DNA of 64,000 nucleotides from Lachnospiraceae bacterium (GCA_017962825.1 JAGCUO010000201.1:69052-133051), one strand, 5' to 3'. Counted from the stretch's first letter, positions 40,499-51,510 are shown. Notes: a model not told the origin generated them from the sequence alone. A program made the numbers and translations.

Positions 40499-41215
40499 TT
40501 AAATTCCAACCTCATCAAGTGATAACAGACCGCCGTCTTCTTTTTGAGTATACATATCAAGTCTGGTTATTTTAAGTGCATTTGCGGGAAGATTGATATT
40601 ACCCAATCCCATCAAAAACTCCATTACAAACAAAGGTTTAATGGAATCGGCACTTGACGAATTAATGGTCATATATATAAGAGGAACATCACTCGAATCA
40701 CCAATTTTCAATTCGTAAATGAATTCTTTTAAGTCTATATCTCTTGATGTTTTTTTCGTTTCTTTATGATAGATACAATGATCCATTTCGTTCATTTTAT
40801 CTATTAATTCACGGATTTTATTTACATCGGGACATGCATCTTTTTTATCATCAAAAAAAGTAATTTCATATGCCGATGCATACACGGAAGCCATTGCATT
40901 TCCGGCAGTATCCGGTAATACTTTGACAGATCTTATCCTTATCTCGGGAACACTGGCTTCATTAAGCGCATTTTTTATGGCTTCACAATCAGGATTTTCA
41001 TCCTCTATACCCAGATCCATATATTCGCCTTCGCTTTCGAGTCCCACACCGAGAGGCGCTGCAAAGGTCATGATCTGATGAGGCGAATAGCCGGCAGAAT
41101 ATGAAACGTTAACTTTGGCTCTTCTGATGCACTTCTGGAAATATCTCATAACATCCAAGTGTCCTATATAACGGACTGCACCATGTTTGGTAAATCTTAC
41201 ACGAATCTTTTTCAT
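40499..41215 (-). CDS. Radical SAM-linked protein (TIGR03936 / DUF2344-like)
   Basis: RYIGHLD..R...RRA..YS.GYSPH, PL.VG.ES.GEY; precedes RNase G. Confidence 0.88.
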   Translation of the reverse strand: MKKIRVRFTKHGAVRYIGHLDVMRYFQKCIRRAKVNVSYSAGYSPHQIMTFAAPLGVGLESEGEYMDLGIEDENPDCEAIKNALNEASVPEIRIRSVKVLPDTAGNAMASVYASAYEITFFDDKKDACPDVNKIRELIDKMNEMDHCIYHKETKKTSRDIDLKEFIYELKIGDSSDVPLIYMTINSSSADSIKPLFVMEFLMGLGNINLPANALKITRLDMYTQKEDGGLLSLDEVGI

Positions 41216-41219
41216 TACT

Positions 41220-42080
41220 TTACTTCCACAACATTTGTTTGATGGTATGGCCCTCAATAAGTTTGGTGCCTACCAATACGTCACTGAAATCCGTAATCTC
41301 TTCGGGACTGTCGATCAACTTGATAAGTTTTTCGGCAGCAATCCTTCCCATGCCTTCCATATCCTGTTTGACGGTAGTTATCTGAGGATCGTATCTTGAA
41401 GGTATATCGATTCCGTCATATGCAGCAACAGAGATATCATCCGGAATCACAAGTCCATATGCTTTGATGATATTAATTCCGCCTATGGCAGCATAATCAT
41501 CCGGGAAAATAATACATGTAGGCGGATCCGGTAATCTCAGAAGTGCTTCCGTTTCATAAGCAGTCTTATTAATACTTCTGAACCAGGACTGTCTGATATA
41601 TTCATCCGGAACACTTATTCCGAGTTTATCACATGCATCTATGAAATTACGGAGCCTGACCTCAGTAACACTATTCATATTACCATGAATGTAAGCTATT
41701 TTGGTATGACCCATTCCGGAAATATGATAAACAAGATCTTTTATGCCCTGGGCATTATCCGATAAAACAGATATTACTCCATCCATGGGTTCATCAATGG
41801 TAACGACCGGTATATCGCTGCTTACGAGTTCCAAAACTTCCGGATCCTTGATATTTGTACAGATTATACCGATACCTTCGATATTTCTTTCCTGAACTCT
41901 CTGAAGATATGTTTTTCTGTTAGGGGCATCCTTATGAGTATTTATAAAAGTTATCTCATACCCTTTACTTTCTGCTTCTTTTTTGAATCCGTTCAAAACC
42001 GCGGCAAAAAAGTCATGGGTAAGTCCGTTGCTGGCCTCATCCTCAAAAAGTATTCCCAGGGAATATGATCTTTCTGACAT
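41220..42080 (-). CDS. LacI-family ligand-binding domain protein lacking the N-terminal HTH
   Basis: Starts at SYSLGILF, the first core strand after the usual hinge; SDN..G, GH.KIAYI, PDDISV..YD, TTV.Q. GGAGG RBS directly after the kinase stop. Confidence 0.85.
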   Translation of the reverse strand: MSERSYSLGILFEDEASNGLTHDFFAAVLNGFKKEAESKGYEITFINTHKDAPNRKTYLQRVQERNIEGIGIICTNIKDPEVLELVSSDIPVVTIDEPMDGVISVLSDNAQGIKDLVYHISGMGHTKIAYIHGNMNSVTEVRLRNFIDACDKLGISVPDEYIRQSWFRSINKTAYETEALLRLPDPPTCIIFPDDYAAIGGINIIKAYGLVIPDDISVAAYDGIDIPSRYDPQITTVKQDMEGMGRIAAEKLIKLIDSPEEITDFSDVLVGTKLIEGHTIKQMLWK

Positions 42081-42089
42081 GTGATCCTC

Positions 42090-44786
42090 CTAGATTAATT
42101 CTTTCCATTCCGCAATGGTTTTATCGCATGCGTCTATGTCGATATTTGAAACTTCTTCTCTAAGTCTTTCGAAAAGCTTACTTTGATCCTGATCATATTT
42201 AAATTTCTCAAGACCGGAGATAACCTCTTCCATCATATCGATATCAAGATTATCGAGAGCGATGGACATCATATCGAACAGCTCTGATAATATTTTGGCT
42301 GAAGGCTTAGATTTTTTCTCGAATTTAGTTTTATCTTTTTTATCATCAAACAGATTGCCGATCACCGGCTCATAACCGAGGTATTTATGAAGCATCGGCT
42401 CAGTATATTTCTTGATAAACTCGATATTTCTGTCATTGCCGGCCTTTTCAAGCTCTGCAGCCATATCTGCAAGTTCAAGAGCTCCTGCCTGTCTCGATAA
42501 GGATTTAAGTGCATGAACTTCAACGGTGTAGTTCGGCCAATCCTCCTGATCCAGATACTGTCTTATAAGAGCGGATTTGCCGGGAATCGCCTTATGATAT
42601 TCCCTGAGAAGGTTATAGTACATCTTCTCACTGCCCAGAAGCCTTATTGCCGCTTCGGCATCGAGATCCGCCAAATTGTAAAGATCCTCATATTTACCAT
42701 CGTCATTATTGTCTTCGACTATTTCCGAGATCACAATATCCTTATTGATCTTTTCTACGGGAAGCCATTTGCGTATGGTATTAACGAGATTGATCACCTC
42801 AATAGGTTTAGCAATAAAATCATTCATGCCCTCCGAAAGGAACATATCCTTGCTTCCTTCCATGGCATTTGCGGTAAGTGCAATGATCGGAACTTCATCA
42901 TATTCCTTATGAAGTCTTCTGATGATCCTGGTGGTCTCTATGCCGTCTATTTCGGGCATCATGTGATCCATCATTATAAGGTCAAACTTATTCTTACTTA
43001 TAAGATCTATGGCCTCTTTTCCGCCTGTAGCCCTTGTGATCTGCATCTTTAAGGGTTCCAGCAGACCTTCTGCGATATTTAAATTGATCTCGTTATCATC
43101 AACTATAAGAACCTTGGCATCGGGAGCAGTGTAATCAAATTCGGCGGCCCTGTCATTTCTGGATATCTTAAGCTCCTCGTTATTTAAAGCCATGGCTATG
43201 GAAAGCGATGATACCGGCTTTTTAATTATCCTGAAATTGGCCTTCTTGGTAGAATACTCGGATGTGATATCGGTTATTTCAACGAAATTAACGTCAGGAT
43301 TTCTGTTGACGATCTTCTCAAGTGATGGTACAAACATTTCTTCATCGAAGAAAACAAAGAGCTTCTTGTTCTTCAGAACATCCTTGTAATTGGTGAGCAT
43401 TTCACTAAAAGAATCCACATTTATAAGAGCGGAATAAAACACTCCCAGATTTCCAGCATCCCTGTAAAACTGTCTTGCGATGTATCTGTTTGAAAACAGA
43501 CCGCTTACCATGAAACTGTCTGCATCACGTACAAATATAACCGGAGAATGATCAACTACTTTTTGAGGAATGGTGATAGTAAATTTTGTTCCCTTTTCGT
43601 ATACGGATTCAACGGAAATCGTTCCGTTCATGAGTTCCACAAGTCGTTTAGTGATAGCAAGGCCGAGACCGGTTCCCTCAACATTTCTGTTTCTCTTGGA
43701 ATCAACCTGGGAGAAGGACTCGAATATCTTCTCAAGATCTGCCTTTTTGATACCTATACCTGTATCGGAAACGGAAATCCTCATATTGATGGTATCTTCG
43801 GAGATATCCTCATAATCAAGGCTGATCTTAACACGTCCCTTATTGGTAAACTTAATGGCATTGTTGGACAGATTAATAAGAATCTGTTTGATCCTCTGAC
43901 TGTCACCGATGAGCTTACACGGGAACTTAGGATTAATGTTTAGCAAAAGTTCAAGTTTCTTGGATCCGATCCTGGTTGTGATGATATTAGATGTATCGTT
44001 AAATATGGATAAAGGAGCGTACTCATCTTCCACTATATCCATCTTGCCCGAATCGATCTTAGAGAAATCCAGAATATCATTGATGATATTAAGGAGCGAC
44101 ATACCGCTTGTTTTGATCTGAGTAATATATTCCCTTGCTGCGGGAGGAAGATCTTCCCTGAGTGACATTTCTGCCATTCCAAGAACGGCATTCATTGGAG
44201 TCCTGATCTCATGGCTCATATTTGCCAGGAAATCGGACCTCATATCCGCATTCTTTTTGATGGTTTCAGCCGAATGCTGGATCTCTTCCGCGGAAATATA
44301 TGATTTGATCTCCGCCTCAATAGCTTTGAGTCTTCCGTTTGCCAGTTTACTGATGATATCGATATTGGCAGAAAGATATTTGGAAGCAAGATCGATGTGA
44401 TCCTTGGTGAAAAACTGTACTTCATGTACATTTTCATTTTCCGGAGTTCTGACTGCTCCGGTACCTGCCATACATCCGAGTACTTCATCATCGCATAAGA
44501 TCGGAACCGCAAATATACTTATACCGCCATGATAATCGTAGAATATAAAATTGCCGCTCTTCATAGTGTTTATGCAGAGCGTAGATACATATTCACGAAC
44601 CGCGTCATCATCAACGGTTCCGGCAGATGCAACAGAAATATACTGATAGAAGTAAGAGCTGTCCGTTACCGGAGCACCTTCAGCATCCATCACATAATTT
44701 GACAAACCCGAATACAGATAGAAATTGGCACATATGCTTTCGAGCATGTCCAGAGATATCAGATCCGTAAGTGTCGTATTTGCCAT
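42090..44786 (-). CDS. Cytoplasmic hybrid histidine kinase (PocR-like, HisKA/HATPase, degenerate REC, REC, Hpt)
   Basis: LTDLI..L...G...FAVPI...LG N-terminus; SHEIRTPMN, NNAIKFT, DTGIGI, GTGLGL; VDDN..MDHMMP; VHALKS. No TM seen. Confidence 0.9.
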   Translation of the reverse strand: MANTTLTDLISLDMLESICANFYLYSGLSNYVMDAEGAPVTDSSYFYQYISVASAGTVDDDAVREYVSTLCINTMKSGNFIFYDYHGGISIFAVPILCDDEVLGCMAGTGAVRTPENENVHEVQFFTKDHIDLASKYLSANIDIISKLANGRLKAIEAEIKSYISAEEIQHSAETIKKNADMRSDFLANMSHEIRTPMNAVLGMAEMSLREDLPPAAREYITQIKTSGMSLLNIINDILDFSKIDSGKMDIVEDEYAPLSIFNDTSNIITTRIGSKKLELLLNINPKFPCKLIGDSQRIKQILINLSNNAIKFTNKGRVKISLDYEDISEDTINMRISVSDTGIGIKKADLEKIFESFSQVDSKRNRNVEGTGLGLAITKRLVELMNGTISVESVYEKGTKFTITIPQKVVDHSPVIFVRDADSFMVSGLFSNRYIARQFYRDAGNLGVFYSALINVDSFSEMLTNYKDVLKNKKLFVFFDEEMFVPSLEKIVNRNPDVNFVEITDITSEYSTKKANFRIIKKPVSSLSIAMALNNEELKISRNDRAAEFDYTAPDAKVLIVDDNEINLNIAEGLLEPLKMQITRATGGKEAIDLISKNKFDLIMMDHMMPEIDGIETTRIIRRLHKEYDEVPIIALTANAMEGSKDMFLSEGMNDFIAKPIEVINLVNTIRKWLPVEKINKDIVISEIVEDNNDDGKYEDLYNLADLDAEAAIRLLGSEKMYYNLLREYHKAIPGKSALIRQYLDQEDWPNYTVEVHALKSLSRQAGALELADMAAELEKAGNDRNIEFIKKYTEPMLHKYLGYEPVIGNLFDDKKDKTKFEKKSKPSAKILSELFDMMSIALDNLDIDMMEEVISGLEKFKYDQDQSKLFERLREEVSNIDIDACDKTIAEWKELI

Positions 44787-44790
44787 ATAT

Positions 44791-45588
44791 TCAACCTATA
44801 AATTTCTCAATCGTTCCGATAAGTTTATCCTTGTCTATCGGTTTTAACAGATAACCCTGCGGTTTAAGAGACAATGCAGCGGTAATTTTATCTTTATCAG
44901 ATACACCGGTCAAAAATACTATAGGTATATTTTCAAGTTCTTCTTTTTTCCTGAGATTTATGAGTACATCAGGGCCGTCTTCTCCCGGCATTTCATAGTC
45001 CAGAAGAATGATATCCGTTTTTTTGGATTCAAGGAATTTATAAGCAATCTTTCCGCTTATTGCCGTGGCGACATCATAGTTTTCATGAAGATGTTCTTTA
45101 ACAACCTTCAGCATTATGGGGTCGTCATCAATAACAAGGACATGCTTACGTCTGTTCTGTTCCTTGATCTTATCCAGCTCCGCCTGAAGCTTTTCTTCAT
45201 CGATTGCTTTCTTTTTCTTTTCATCCATATAATCATTGATACGATTTCGTATGTCGGTTATTGAAATGGGTTTTTCAAAGGATTCCTCAGCCATATATAC
45301 AACACTGCTCCTGAAAAATTCACAATCTTCACGGGATCCGGCTATAAATACAAAAATACTCTCTCTTGTAAAGATTCTTTTCAGTTCATTCATAACGTTG
45401 AGATCATCTTTAGTCTCTCCGTTTAAACACAGTATAAATACATCGGGGTGAAATAAAGAAACATGCTTGACGATATCGTCATATCTGAAAGAAGTGGAAA
45501 GAAGATCATAATCATCCGATAGATGATGAAAGAAATCATCGATGATGATATTTTGCTTGCCGCAGATCAGAATCTTGTACTTATCCAT
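44791..45588 (-). CDS. Response regulator with a degenerate N-terminal REC and an intact C-terminal REC; no output domain
   Basis: C-terminal VIDDD, LLDYEMP, FLTG, KP. The N-terminal REC-like part lacks the phospho-Asp. Confidence 0.85.
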   Translation of the reverse strand: MDKYKILICGKQNIIIDDFFHHLSDDYDLLSTSFRYDDIVKHVSLFHPDVFILCLNGETKDDLNVMNELKRIFTRESIFVFIAGSREDCEFFRSSVVYMAEESFEKPISITDIRNRINDYMDEKKKKAIDEEKLQAELDKIKEQNRRKHVLVIDDDPIMLKVVKEHLHENYDVATAISGKIAYKFLESKKTDIILLDYEMPGEDGPDVLINLRKKEELENIPIVFLTGVSDKDKITAALSLKPQGYLLKPIDKDKLIGTIEKFIG

Positions 45589-45676
45589 TTTGAAACCCCC
45601 GATTTAAAACAGATGCAAAAGATAACGACACCTATATTTTATCGGAAAATGGAAAAAAAATACAGTTTTTCGGGGG

Positions 45677-47563
45677 TTAATTACCATTCTTGACAACACC
45701 GGGGCAAATACCCGCACCAAAAGAAGCGGCACCGCATCCGCTGCACTTATGACGGCAGTTGTAAGTTATCTCACCGCGGGCTGCTTTCTTATACTCTTTG
45801 AGCAGGAATGCTTTGCTTACACCGATGTCAATGAAGTCCCAGGGGAAGAGTTCTTCATCTCCTCTTTCCCTGAAAGCATAGAAATCAAGAGACAGACCGC
45901 ACTCATTAATAGCTTCGATCCATCTGTCATGTTTATAATAATCGGACCAGGCATCATATATGCCGCCCTTTTCATATACTTTCCTGATCACTGCAGAAAC
46001 TTTTCTGTCACCGCGCGCCAAAAGAGCCTCTATAACACTGGTATCTGCGTCATGCCAGTTATAGTGGATACGCTTCTGATTAAGCTGGTTTGCTATCCCG
46101 CCGCGGCATACATAAGCTTTTCTGATAAATTCATCCTGTGTACACTGAGGAGCCCATTGAAAAGCGGTAAAGGGCTTGGGAACGAAAAATGAGGTACTTA
46201 CAGTGATGGAAATCGGTCCGTTGGTTCTTTTATCCTTGGGCACCAACTCAAAAAACTCGGCGGCAACCTTATTTGCAAGGTCCCCGATCCCTTCTATATC
46301 TTCGTCTGTTTCAAATGGATGACCCAGCATAAAATAAAACTTAAATTTGGTCCATCCGCCCTTGATTGCCTGGCCCGCACCGGATAATATATCTTCTTCG
46401 GTCAGACCCTTGTTTATGACATTTCTAAGCCTCTGGGAGCCTGCCTCAGGAGCAAATGTAACCGAGGATTTCTTAATATCCTCGACTTTATTCATGACAT
46501 CAAGGGAAAATGCATCTATACGAAGTGAAGGAAGAGTAATGTTAACCTTCCTCTTACTGCACTCTTCTATCAGGTTATCAAGAAGTTCGGGCAGGTGGGT
46601 ATAATCCGATGAAGAAAGTGAGCTGAGTGATACTTCTTCATAGCCCGTAGCATCAAGCATTGCATAAACTGTTTCAAGAAGTTTATCTACGCCTCTCTCA
46701 CGTACGGGACGATACAGTTCACCGGCCTGACAGAATCTGCACCCTCTGATACATCCGCGCATTATCTCAAGAACAACTCTGTCCTGAATACATCTGATAT
46801 AAGGGACTATCGGCTTTTTGGGATAATATGTGTCATCGAGGTTTTTTACAACCTCTTTTCTCACTTTATTAGGTATGCCATCACAGGAGGGCTCAAATGA
46901 TTTAAGAGTGCCGTCCTCATTGTATTCAACATTATAGAACCTTGGCACATAGAGACCGGGTATAGAAGCCGCTTTGATCAGGAAATCATCACGTGAATAT
47001 CCTTCGTCCTTACATTTCTCGTAAAGATCGATAAGTTCACGGTATCTGGTCTCACCTTCCCCAATGTAAAAAATATCGAAGAAATCAGCTATGGGTTCGG
47101 GATTATAAGTACACGGTCCGCCGCCTATAACTATAGGGTCATCATTGTTTCTGTCCTTTGATTCAAGAGGAATCCCTGAAAGATCCAGTATCTGGAGGAT
47201 ATTTGTGTAGCACATCTCATACTGAATTGTAATACCGAGAAAATCCGCATATTTAACAGGTTCCTGAGATTCCAGCATGAACAAAGGTATGTTATTTTCA
47301 CGCATGACCTTATCAAGGTCAACCCATGGAGAATAGACCCTTTCGCACCATACATCGTCAAAAGAGTTAAACATATCATAGAGTATCTGGATACCCAAAT
47401 GACTCATTCCTATCTCATATACATCGGGAAAACACATCGCAAAACGGACCCTGACAGAATCAGGGTCCTTTATGCATGAATTCACTTCGTGCCCGATATA
47501 ACGTTCAGGTTTTTCCACTGACATTAAGATGTCATTGGACAAAAACAATTTATCCTGACTCAT
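45677..47563 (-). CDS. B12-binding radical SAM protein (TIGR03960 family)
   Basis: VEKPERYIGHE, FPDVYEIGMSHLG, RGCIRGCRFC, C-terminal C..C.GCG. Confidence 0.92.
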   Translation of the reverse strand: MSQDKLFLSNDILMSVEKPERYIGHEVNSCIKDPDSVRVRFAMCFPDVYEIGMSHLGIQILYDMFNSFDDVWCERVYSPWVDLDKVMRENNIPLFMLESQEPVKYADFLGITIQYEMCYTNILQILDLSGIPLESKDRNNDDPIVIGGGPCTYNPEPIADFFDIFYIGEGETRYRELIDLYEKCKDEGYSRDDFLIKAASIPGLYVPRFYNVEYNEDGTLKSFEPSCDGIPNKVRKEVVKNLDDTYYPKKPIVPYIRCIQDRVVLEIMRGCIRGCRFCQAGELYRPVRERGVDKLLETVYAMLDATGYEEVSLSSLSSSDYTHLPELLDNLIEECSKRKVNITLPSLRIDAFSLDVMNKVEDIKKSSVTFAPEAGSQRLRNVINKGLTEEDILSGAGQAIKGGWTKFKFYFMLGHPFETDEDIEGIGDLANKVAAEFFELVPKDKRTNGPISITVSTSFFVPKPFTAFQWAPQCTQDEFIRKAYVCRGGIANQLNQKRIHYNWHDADTSVIEALLARGDRKVSAVIRKVYEKGGIYDAWSDYYKHDRWIEAINECGLSLDFYAFRERGDEELFPWDFIDIGVSKAFLLKEYKKAARGEITYNCRHKCSGCGAASFGAGICPGVVKNGN

Positions 47564-47566
47564 ATA

Positions 47567-48940
47567 TTATCTTCCGGCTAATTCTTTTGTTACTTCTTCC
47601 CAGGAAATATCTTTCTCGGCCATAAGTACCATTAAATGATACAACAAATCACTGATTTCATAAACAGTTTCCTGATTGGAATGGTTCTTAGCTGCGATAA
47701 TGGTCTCTGTAGCCTCTTCTCCGACTTTCTTAAGGATCTTATCGATTCCCTTATCAAGCAGATAATTGGTATAAGAGCCTTCCTTGGGATGAAGTTTGCG
47801 ATCCTTGATCACATCATATACCTTCTCGAATACAAGTAAGGGATTGGATTCATCCACCTCTTCGCTTCCTGTGATCTCGTTAAAGAAGCATGATCTTGCA
47901 CCCGTATGACATGCTACACCAACCTGTGAAACCTTTGCAAGTATGGTATCCTTGTCGCAATCCGCGGTAAGGGATTTTACATACTGATAATGTCCGCTGG
48001 TCTCTCCTTTTACCCACTGCTCTTCACGGCTTCTGGAATAATAAGTCATAAGACCGGTTGAGAGGGTGTTAAGGAATGCTTCTTCATTCATGTAAGCAAG
48101 CATGAGGACTTCATTGTTCTTATAATCCTGTACAACTACAGGAATAAGATCATTGGGGCTTTTCTTTAGATCGGCCCATTTTATCTTGCTTTCAAGGCGT
48201 CTTACAACTATGCCGTTCTCGGTGCATATATCCTTGATGGAAGAAATTTCTCCCGAATTAAGAGAAATAACATTTCCTGTAACTCCGGCAACGGAATCTT
48301 TCTTAAGGAATTCAATTATCTTGTTAAAAGCAAGATCTTTTGCACTGATTATGATGGGAAGGTCGATATCCCCCTCGATAACATCAAGAGCATGAATATT
48401 CTTAAGAAGTACTCCGGAACAATATTTGACTGCATAATCCGCAACGCTTCCGGTATCTTTGTCATCACCGGAATGGTAATTGGTGTCGGTTCCGATAAGA
48501 AGGCTTCTGTCCAGGGATTCAACCTGAGTTGTAAGTGTCTGAGGGTAAGATACTGCGGCATATACCTTGTCACGTCCGAATCTTCCGCTTGCGGCGGAAG
48601 TAAGAAGAATATTAACTTCCTTATCGTAGTCCAGGATAACCTTTGAACAGCCAGCATAAATAAGTTTCTTAACATCCTCAAGGCGCTTGATGTTGCCGGT
48701 AGCATAAACGGGAACTTCACTGTCTCCGCAGATCGCACGGATAACCTGAAGTGCTTCGTCATGTGCTTCATCTCCCATGCCTTCCGAAAGATCATGGATT
48801 ATGATACCGTCAGCAAGATCCCTGCAGAATTTCATTGCAAGAGAATAGGCATCTGCCTCGATAATGGAATCATCTTCTTCTGATGCCACTGCACTTCCGT
48901 TCTTCAGATAAATGCAGGGCAGAAACTTTTTAACGTACAT
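47567..48940 (-). CDS. hisIE: HisA/HisF-like barrel fused to bifunctional HisIE
   Basis: C-terminal YYSRSR..W.KGETSGH, DCDKD, ACHTG..SCF, SYT.YL..G, KVGEE. N-terminal barrel-like region G.I..LEDVKKL..G..KV. Confidence 0.9.
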   Translation of the reverse strand: MYVKKFLPCIYLKNGSAVASEEDDSIIEADAYSLAMKFCRDLADGIIIHDLSEGMGDEAHDEALQVIRAICGDSEVPVYATGNIKRLEDVKKLIYAGCSKVILDYDKEVNILLTSAASGRFGRDKVYAAVSYPQTLTTQVESLDRSLLIGTDTNYHSGDDKDTGSVADYAVKYCSGVLLKNIHALDVIEGDIDLPIIISAKDLAFNKIIEFLKKDSVAGVTGNVISLNSGEISSIKDICTENGIVVRRLESKIKWADLKKSPNDLIPVVVQDYKNNEVLMLAYMNEEAFLNTLSTGLMTYYSRSREEQWVKGETSGHYQYVKSLTADCDKDTILAKVSQVGVACHTGARSCFFNEITGSEEVDESNPLLVFEKVYDVIKDRKLHPKEGSYTNYLLDKGIDKILKKVGEEATETIIAAKNHSNQETVYEISDLLYHLMVLMAEKDISWEEVTKELAGR

Positions 48941-49539
48941 TACAGAGCTCCTTTCGTTGAGAGAACTCCTGTGATCCTGGGATCGCAATTTGTGGCCATA
49001 TCAAGAGCCTTTGCAAATGCCTTGAACATAGCCTCGGTTACATGGTGAGCATTTCCGTCGGATAAAACCTTGAAGTGAAGGTTCATGCCTGCGGAATAAC
49101 TTACAGCATAGAAAAATTCTTTAACAAGCTCGGTATCAAGTTCACCGATCATGGGAACTCTGTAATCATACTCAAATCCGAGATAAGGTCTGTCACAGAG
49201 ATCTAAACTGCAAAGAACCAATACTTCATCCATAGGAAGAATGAAATATCCGTATCTGTTAATACCCTTCTTATCTCCGATAGCTTTCTTGATGGCTGTT
49301 CCAAGGACAATACCCGTATCTTCTACACTGTGATGTCCGTCAACCTCAAGATCGCCCGATACCGTGCATTTCAGATCAAACAAACCATGCTTAGAAAAAG
49401 CACTTAACATGTGATCAAAGAATCCGATACCGGTCTTTATCTGGTTCTTGCCGGTTCCGTCGATATTTAAACTGATCTTAATATCGGTTTCACCGGTCTT
49501 TCTGGAAACATCTGCTTTTCTTATCTTTTTTGCAGGCAT
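48940..49539 (-). CDS. hisB: Imidazoleglycerol-phosphate dehydratase
   Basis: [33 protein letters not shown]. Confidence 0.96.
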   Translation of the reverse strand: MPAKKIRKADVSRKTGETDIKISLNIDGTGKNQIKTGIGFFDHMLSAFSKHGLFDLKCTVSGDLEVDGHHSVEDTGIVLGTAIKKAIGDKKGINRYGYFILPMDEVLVLCSLDLCDRPYLGFEYDYRVPMIGELDTELVKEFFYAVSYSAGMNLHFKVLSDGNAHHVTEAMFKAFAKALDMATNCDPRITGVLSTKGAL

Positions 49540-49554
49540 TATTAGTCTCCTTTA

Positions 49555-50847
49555 TCAGCCCTCAAAACGGACTTTTATACTGTTTGCGTGAGCCGTGAGT
49601 CCCTCGTTATTTGCAAAGAGCTGAATCTTCTTGGAATCACGCTCAAGTGCTTCCTTTGAATAGTATATAACCGAACTCTTTTTAATGAAATCATCAACAT
49701 TAACGGGACTGAAAAATCTTGCTGTTCCGTTGGTGGGAAGAATGTGATTGGGGCCGGCAAAATAATCACCGAGAGGCTCGGATGAATACTCTCCGAGGAA
49801 TATTGCACCCGCATTTCTTATCTTGGTCATTACCTCAAAAGGATTTGCAGTAAGGATCTCAAGGTGTTCGCTTGCTACGGTATTAATGGTTTCAATTGCT
49901 TCATCAAGATTTGAAGCCAATAGGATATATCCGTAATTATCAAGAGATTTTCTGATGATATCGGCTCTTGAAAGAGTCTTCAGATATCCGTCGATCTCTT
50001 CGTTGACTTTATCTGCGAGATTCTTATCCGTAGTTACAAGTATAGCACTTGCAAGTTCATCGTGTTCAGCCTGGCTTAAAAGATCTGCGGCTACATAGTG
50101 AGCGTTTGCAGTCTCATCTGCAAGAACCATTACTTCGGAAGGACCGGCTATTGAATCGATACTCACAAATCCGTAAACAGCCTTCTTGGCAAGGGCAACA
50201 AATATGTTTCCGGGACCTGTTATCTTATATACCTTGGGAATCGACTCGGTTCCGAAGGCCATGGCACCGATTGCCTGAGCTCCGCCGGCCCTGTAAATCT
50301 CATCCGCACCTGCGATATCTGCTGCAACAAGCGTTCCGGAATCGATGACACCCGTCTTTCCGGGAGGGGTGCACATGATGATCCTGTCTACACCTGCTAC
50401 TTTAGCGGGAACAATGTTCATCAGAACAGATGAAGGATATGCTGCCTTTCCGCCGGGTACATATACTCCCAGTCTTTCGATGGCAGTGATCTTCATACCC
50501 AGAAGAGTTCCGTCAGGCTTAGTCTCAAACCAGCTGTTACGAAGCTGCTTTTCGTGGAACGCTCTGATATTAGAAGCAGCTTCTTTAAGAACCTCTATGT
50601 ATTCCTTATCAAGTTTTGTATAAGCTTCGTCTATCTCGGCTCTGGTTACCTTGATGTTTTCGGGAGTAAGCTGAAATCCGTCAAATTTGGATGTGTATTC
50701 AAAGAGTGCTTTATCGCCGTTTTCTCTGATATTTGCAAGAATATCATTTACTGTGGATTCATATTCAGTATACTGAGCGGGGGAACGCTTTAAAAGAGCA
50801 CTCTGTATCTCAGCGATGGAATCGGGATTTAAATTTACTATCTTCAT
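49555..50847 (-). CDS. hisD: Histidinol dehydrogenase
   Basis: GVYVPGG, AGPSE, SQAEH, SEHLE, GPNHILPT. Confidence 0.97.
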   Translation of the reverse strand: MKIVNLNPDSIAEIQSALLKRSPAQYTEYESTVNDILANIRENGDKALFEYTSKFDGFQLTPENIKVTRAEIDEAYTKLDKEYIEVLKEAASNIRAFHEKQLRNSWFETKPDGTLLGMKITAIERLGVYVPGGKAAYPSSVLMNIVPAKVAGVDRIIMCTPPGKTGVIDSGTLVAADIAGADEIYRAGGAQAIGAMAFGTESIPKVYKITGPGNIFVALAKKAVYGFVSIDSIAGPSEVMVLADETANAHYVAADLLSQAEHDELASAILVTTDKNLADKVNEEIDGYLKTLSRADIIRKSLDNYGYILLASNLDEAIETINTVASEHLEILTANPFEVMTKIRNAGAIFLGEYSSEPLGDYFAGPNHILPTNGTARFFSPVNVDDFIKKSSVIYYSKEALERDSKKIQLFANNEGLTAHANSIKVRFEG

Positions 50848-50862
50848 AAAAACCTCCGGGAC

Positions 50863-51510
50863 TTATAATTGTTCTTTAAGTTTAAGTACCAGCTCCTTGA
50901 TCCTGTCTCCCTTAAGCTGCATGCTCACGGGATTTACGATCATTCTTGCGGAAAGCGGACAGATCTCTTCGAGAACCTCGAGTCCGTTTTCTTTTAAGGT
51001 GGAACCTGTTTCTACAATATCAACTATGACATCTGCAAGACCGACGATGGGTCCGAGTTCAACGCTTCCGTTTAACTTGATTATATCTACGGTCTGATTC
51101 TTCTTATTATTGAAATACTCCTTGGCAATGACGGGGTATTTACTTGCAACTCTGATTCTCTCATGATGGAGAAGCTTATCTGCGGCCGAATGTGGACCAC
51201 ATACGCACATTCTGCACTTTCCGAATCCGAGATCCAGGATCTCATACACATTACGGTTTTCTTCAAGTATGGTATCCCTTCCCACAACTCCTATATCGGC
51301 TGATCCGTACTCCACATAGGTAGGAACATCCGGTCCTTTGGACAAGAAAAATCTGGTCTTGGTCTCTTCGCTTGTAAAAATCAGCTTTCTGGAAGAAGGA
51401 TCTTTCATCTCTTCACAGGTAATACCGATCTTTTCGAAAAGCTCCATTGTTTTATTGGATAAGCGGCCCTTACCGAGAGCAAAGGTAAGATAATCGTCGT
51501 AACTGTTCAT
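50863..51510 (-). CDS. hisG: ATP phosphoribosyltransferase, short form
   Basis: ALGKGRL, DVPTYVE.G.AD.G, GSVE..P..GLAD.IVDIVETG.TL.ENGL. Confidence 0.96.
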   Translation of the reverse strand: MNSYDDYLTFALGKGRLSNKTMELFEKIGITCEEMKDPSSRKLIFTSEETKTRFFLSKGPDVPTYVEYGSADIGVVGRDTILEENRNVYEILDLGFGKCRMCVCGPHSAADKLLHHERIRVASKYPVIAKEYFNNKKNQTVDIIKLNGSVELGPIVGLADVIVDIVETGSTLKENGLEVLEEICPLSARMIVNPVSMQLKGDRIKELVLKLKEQL

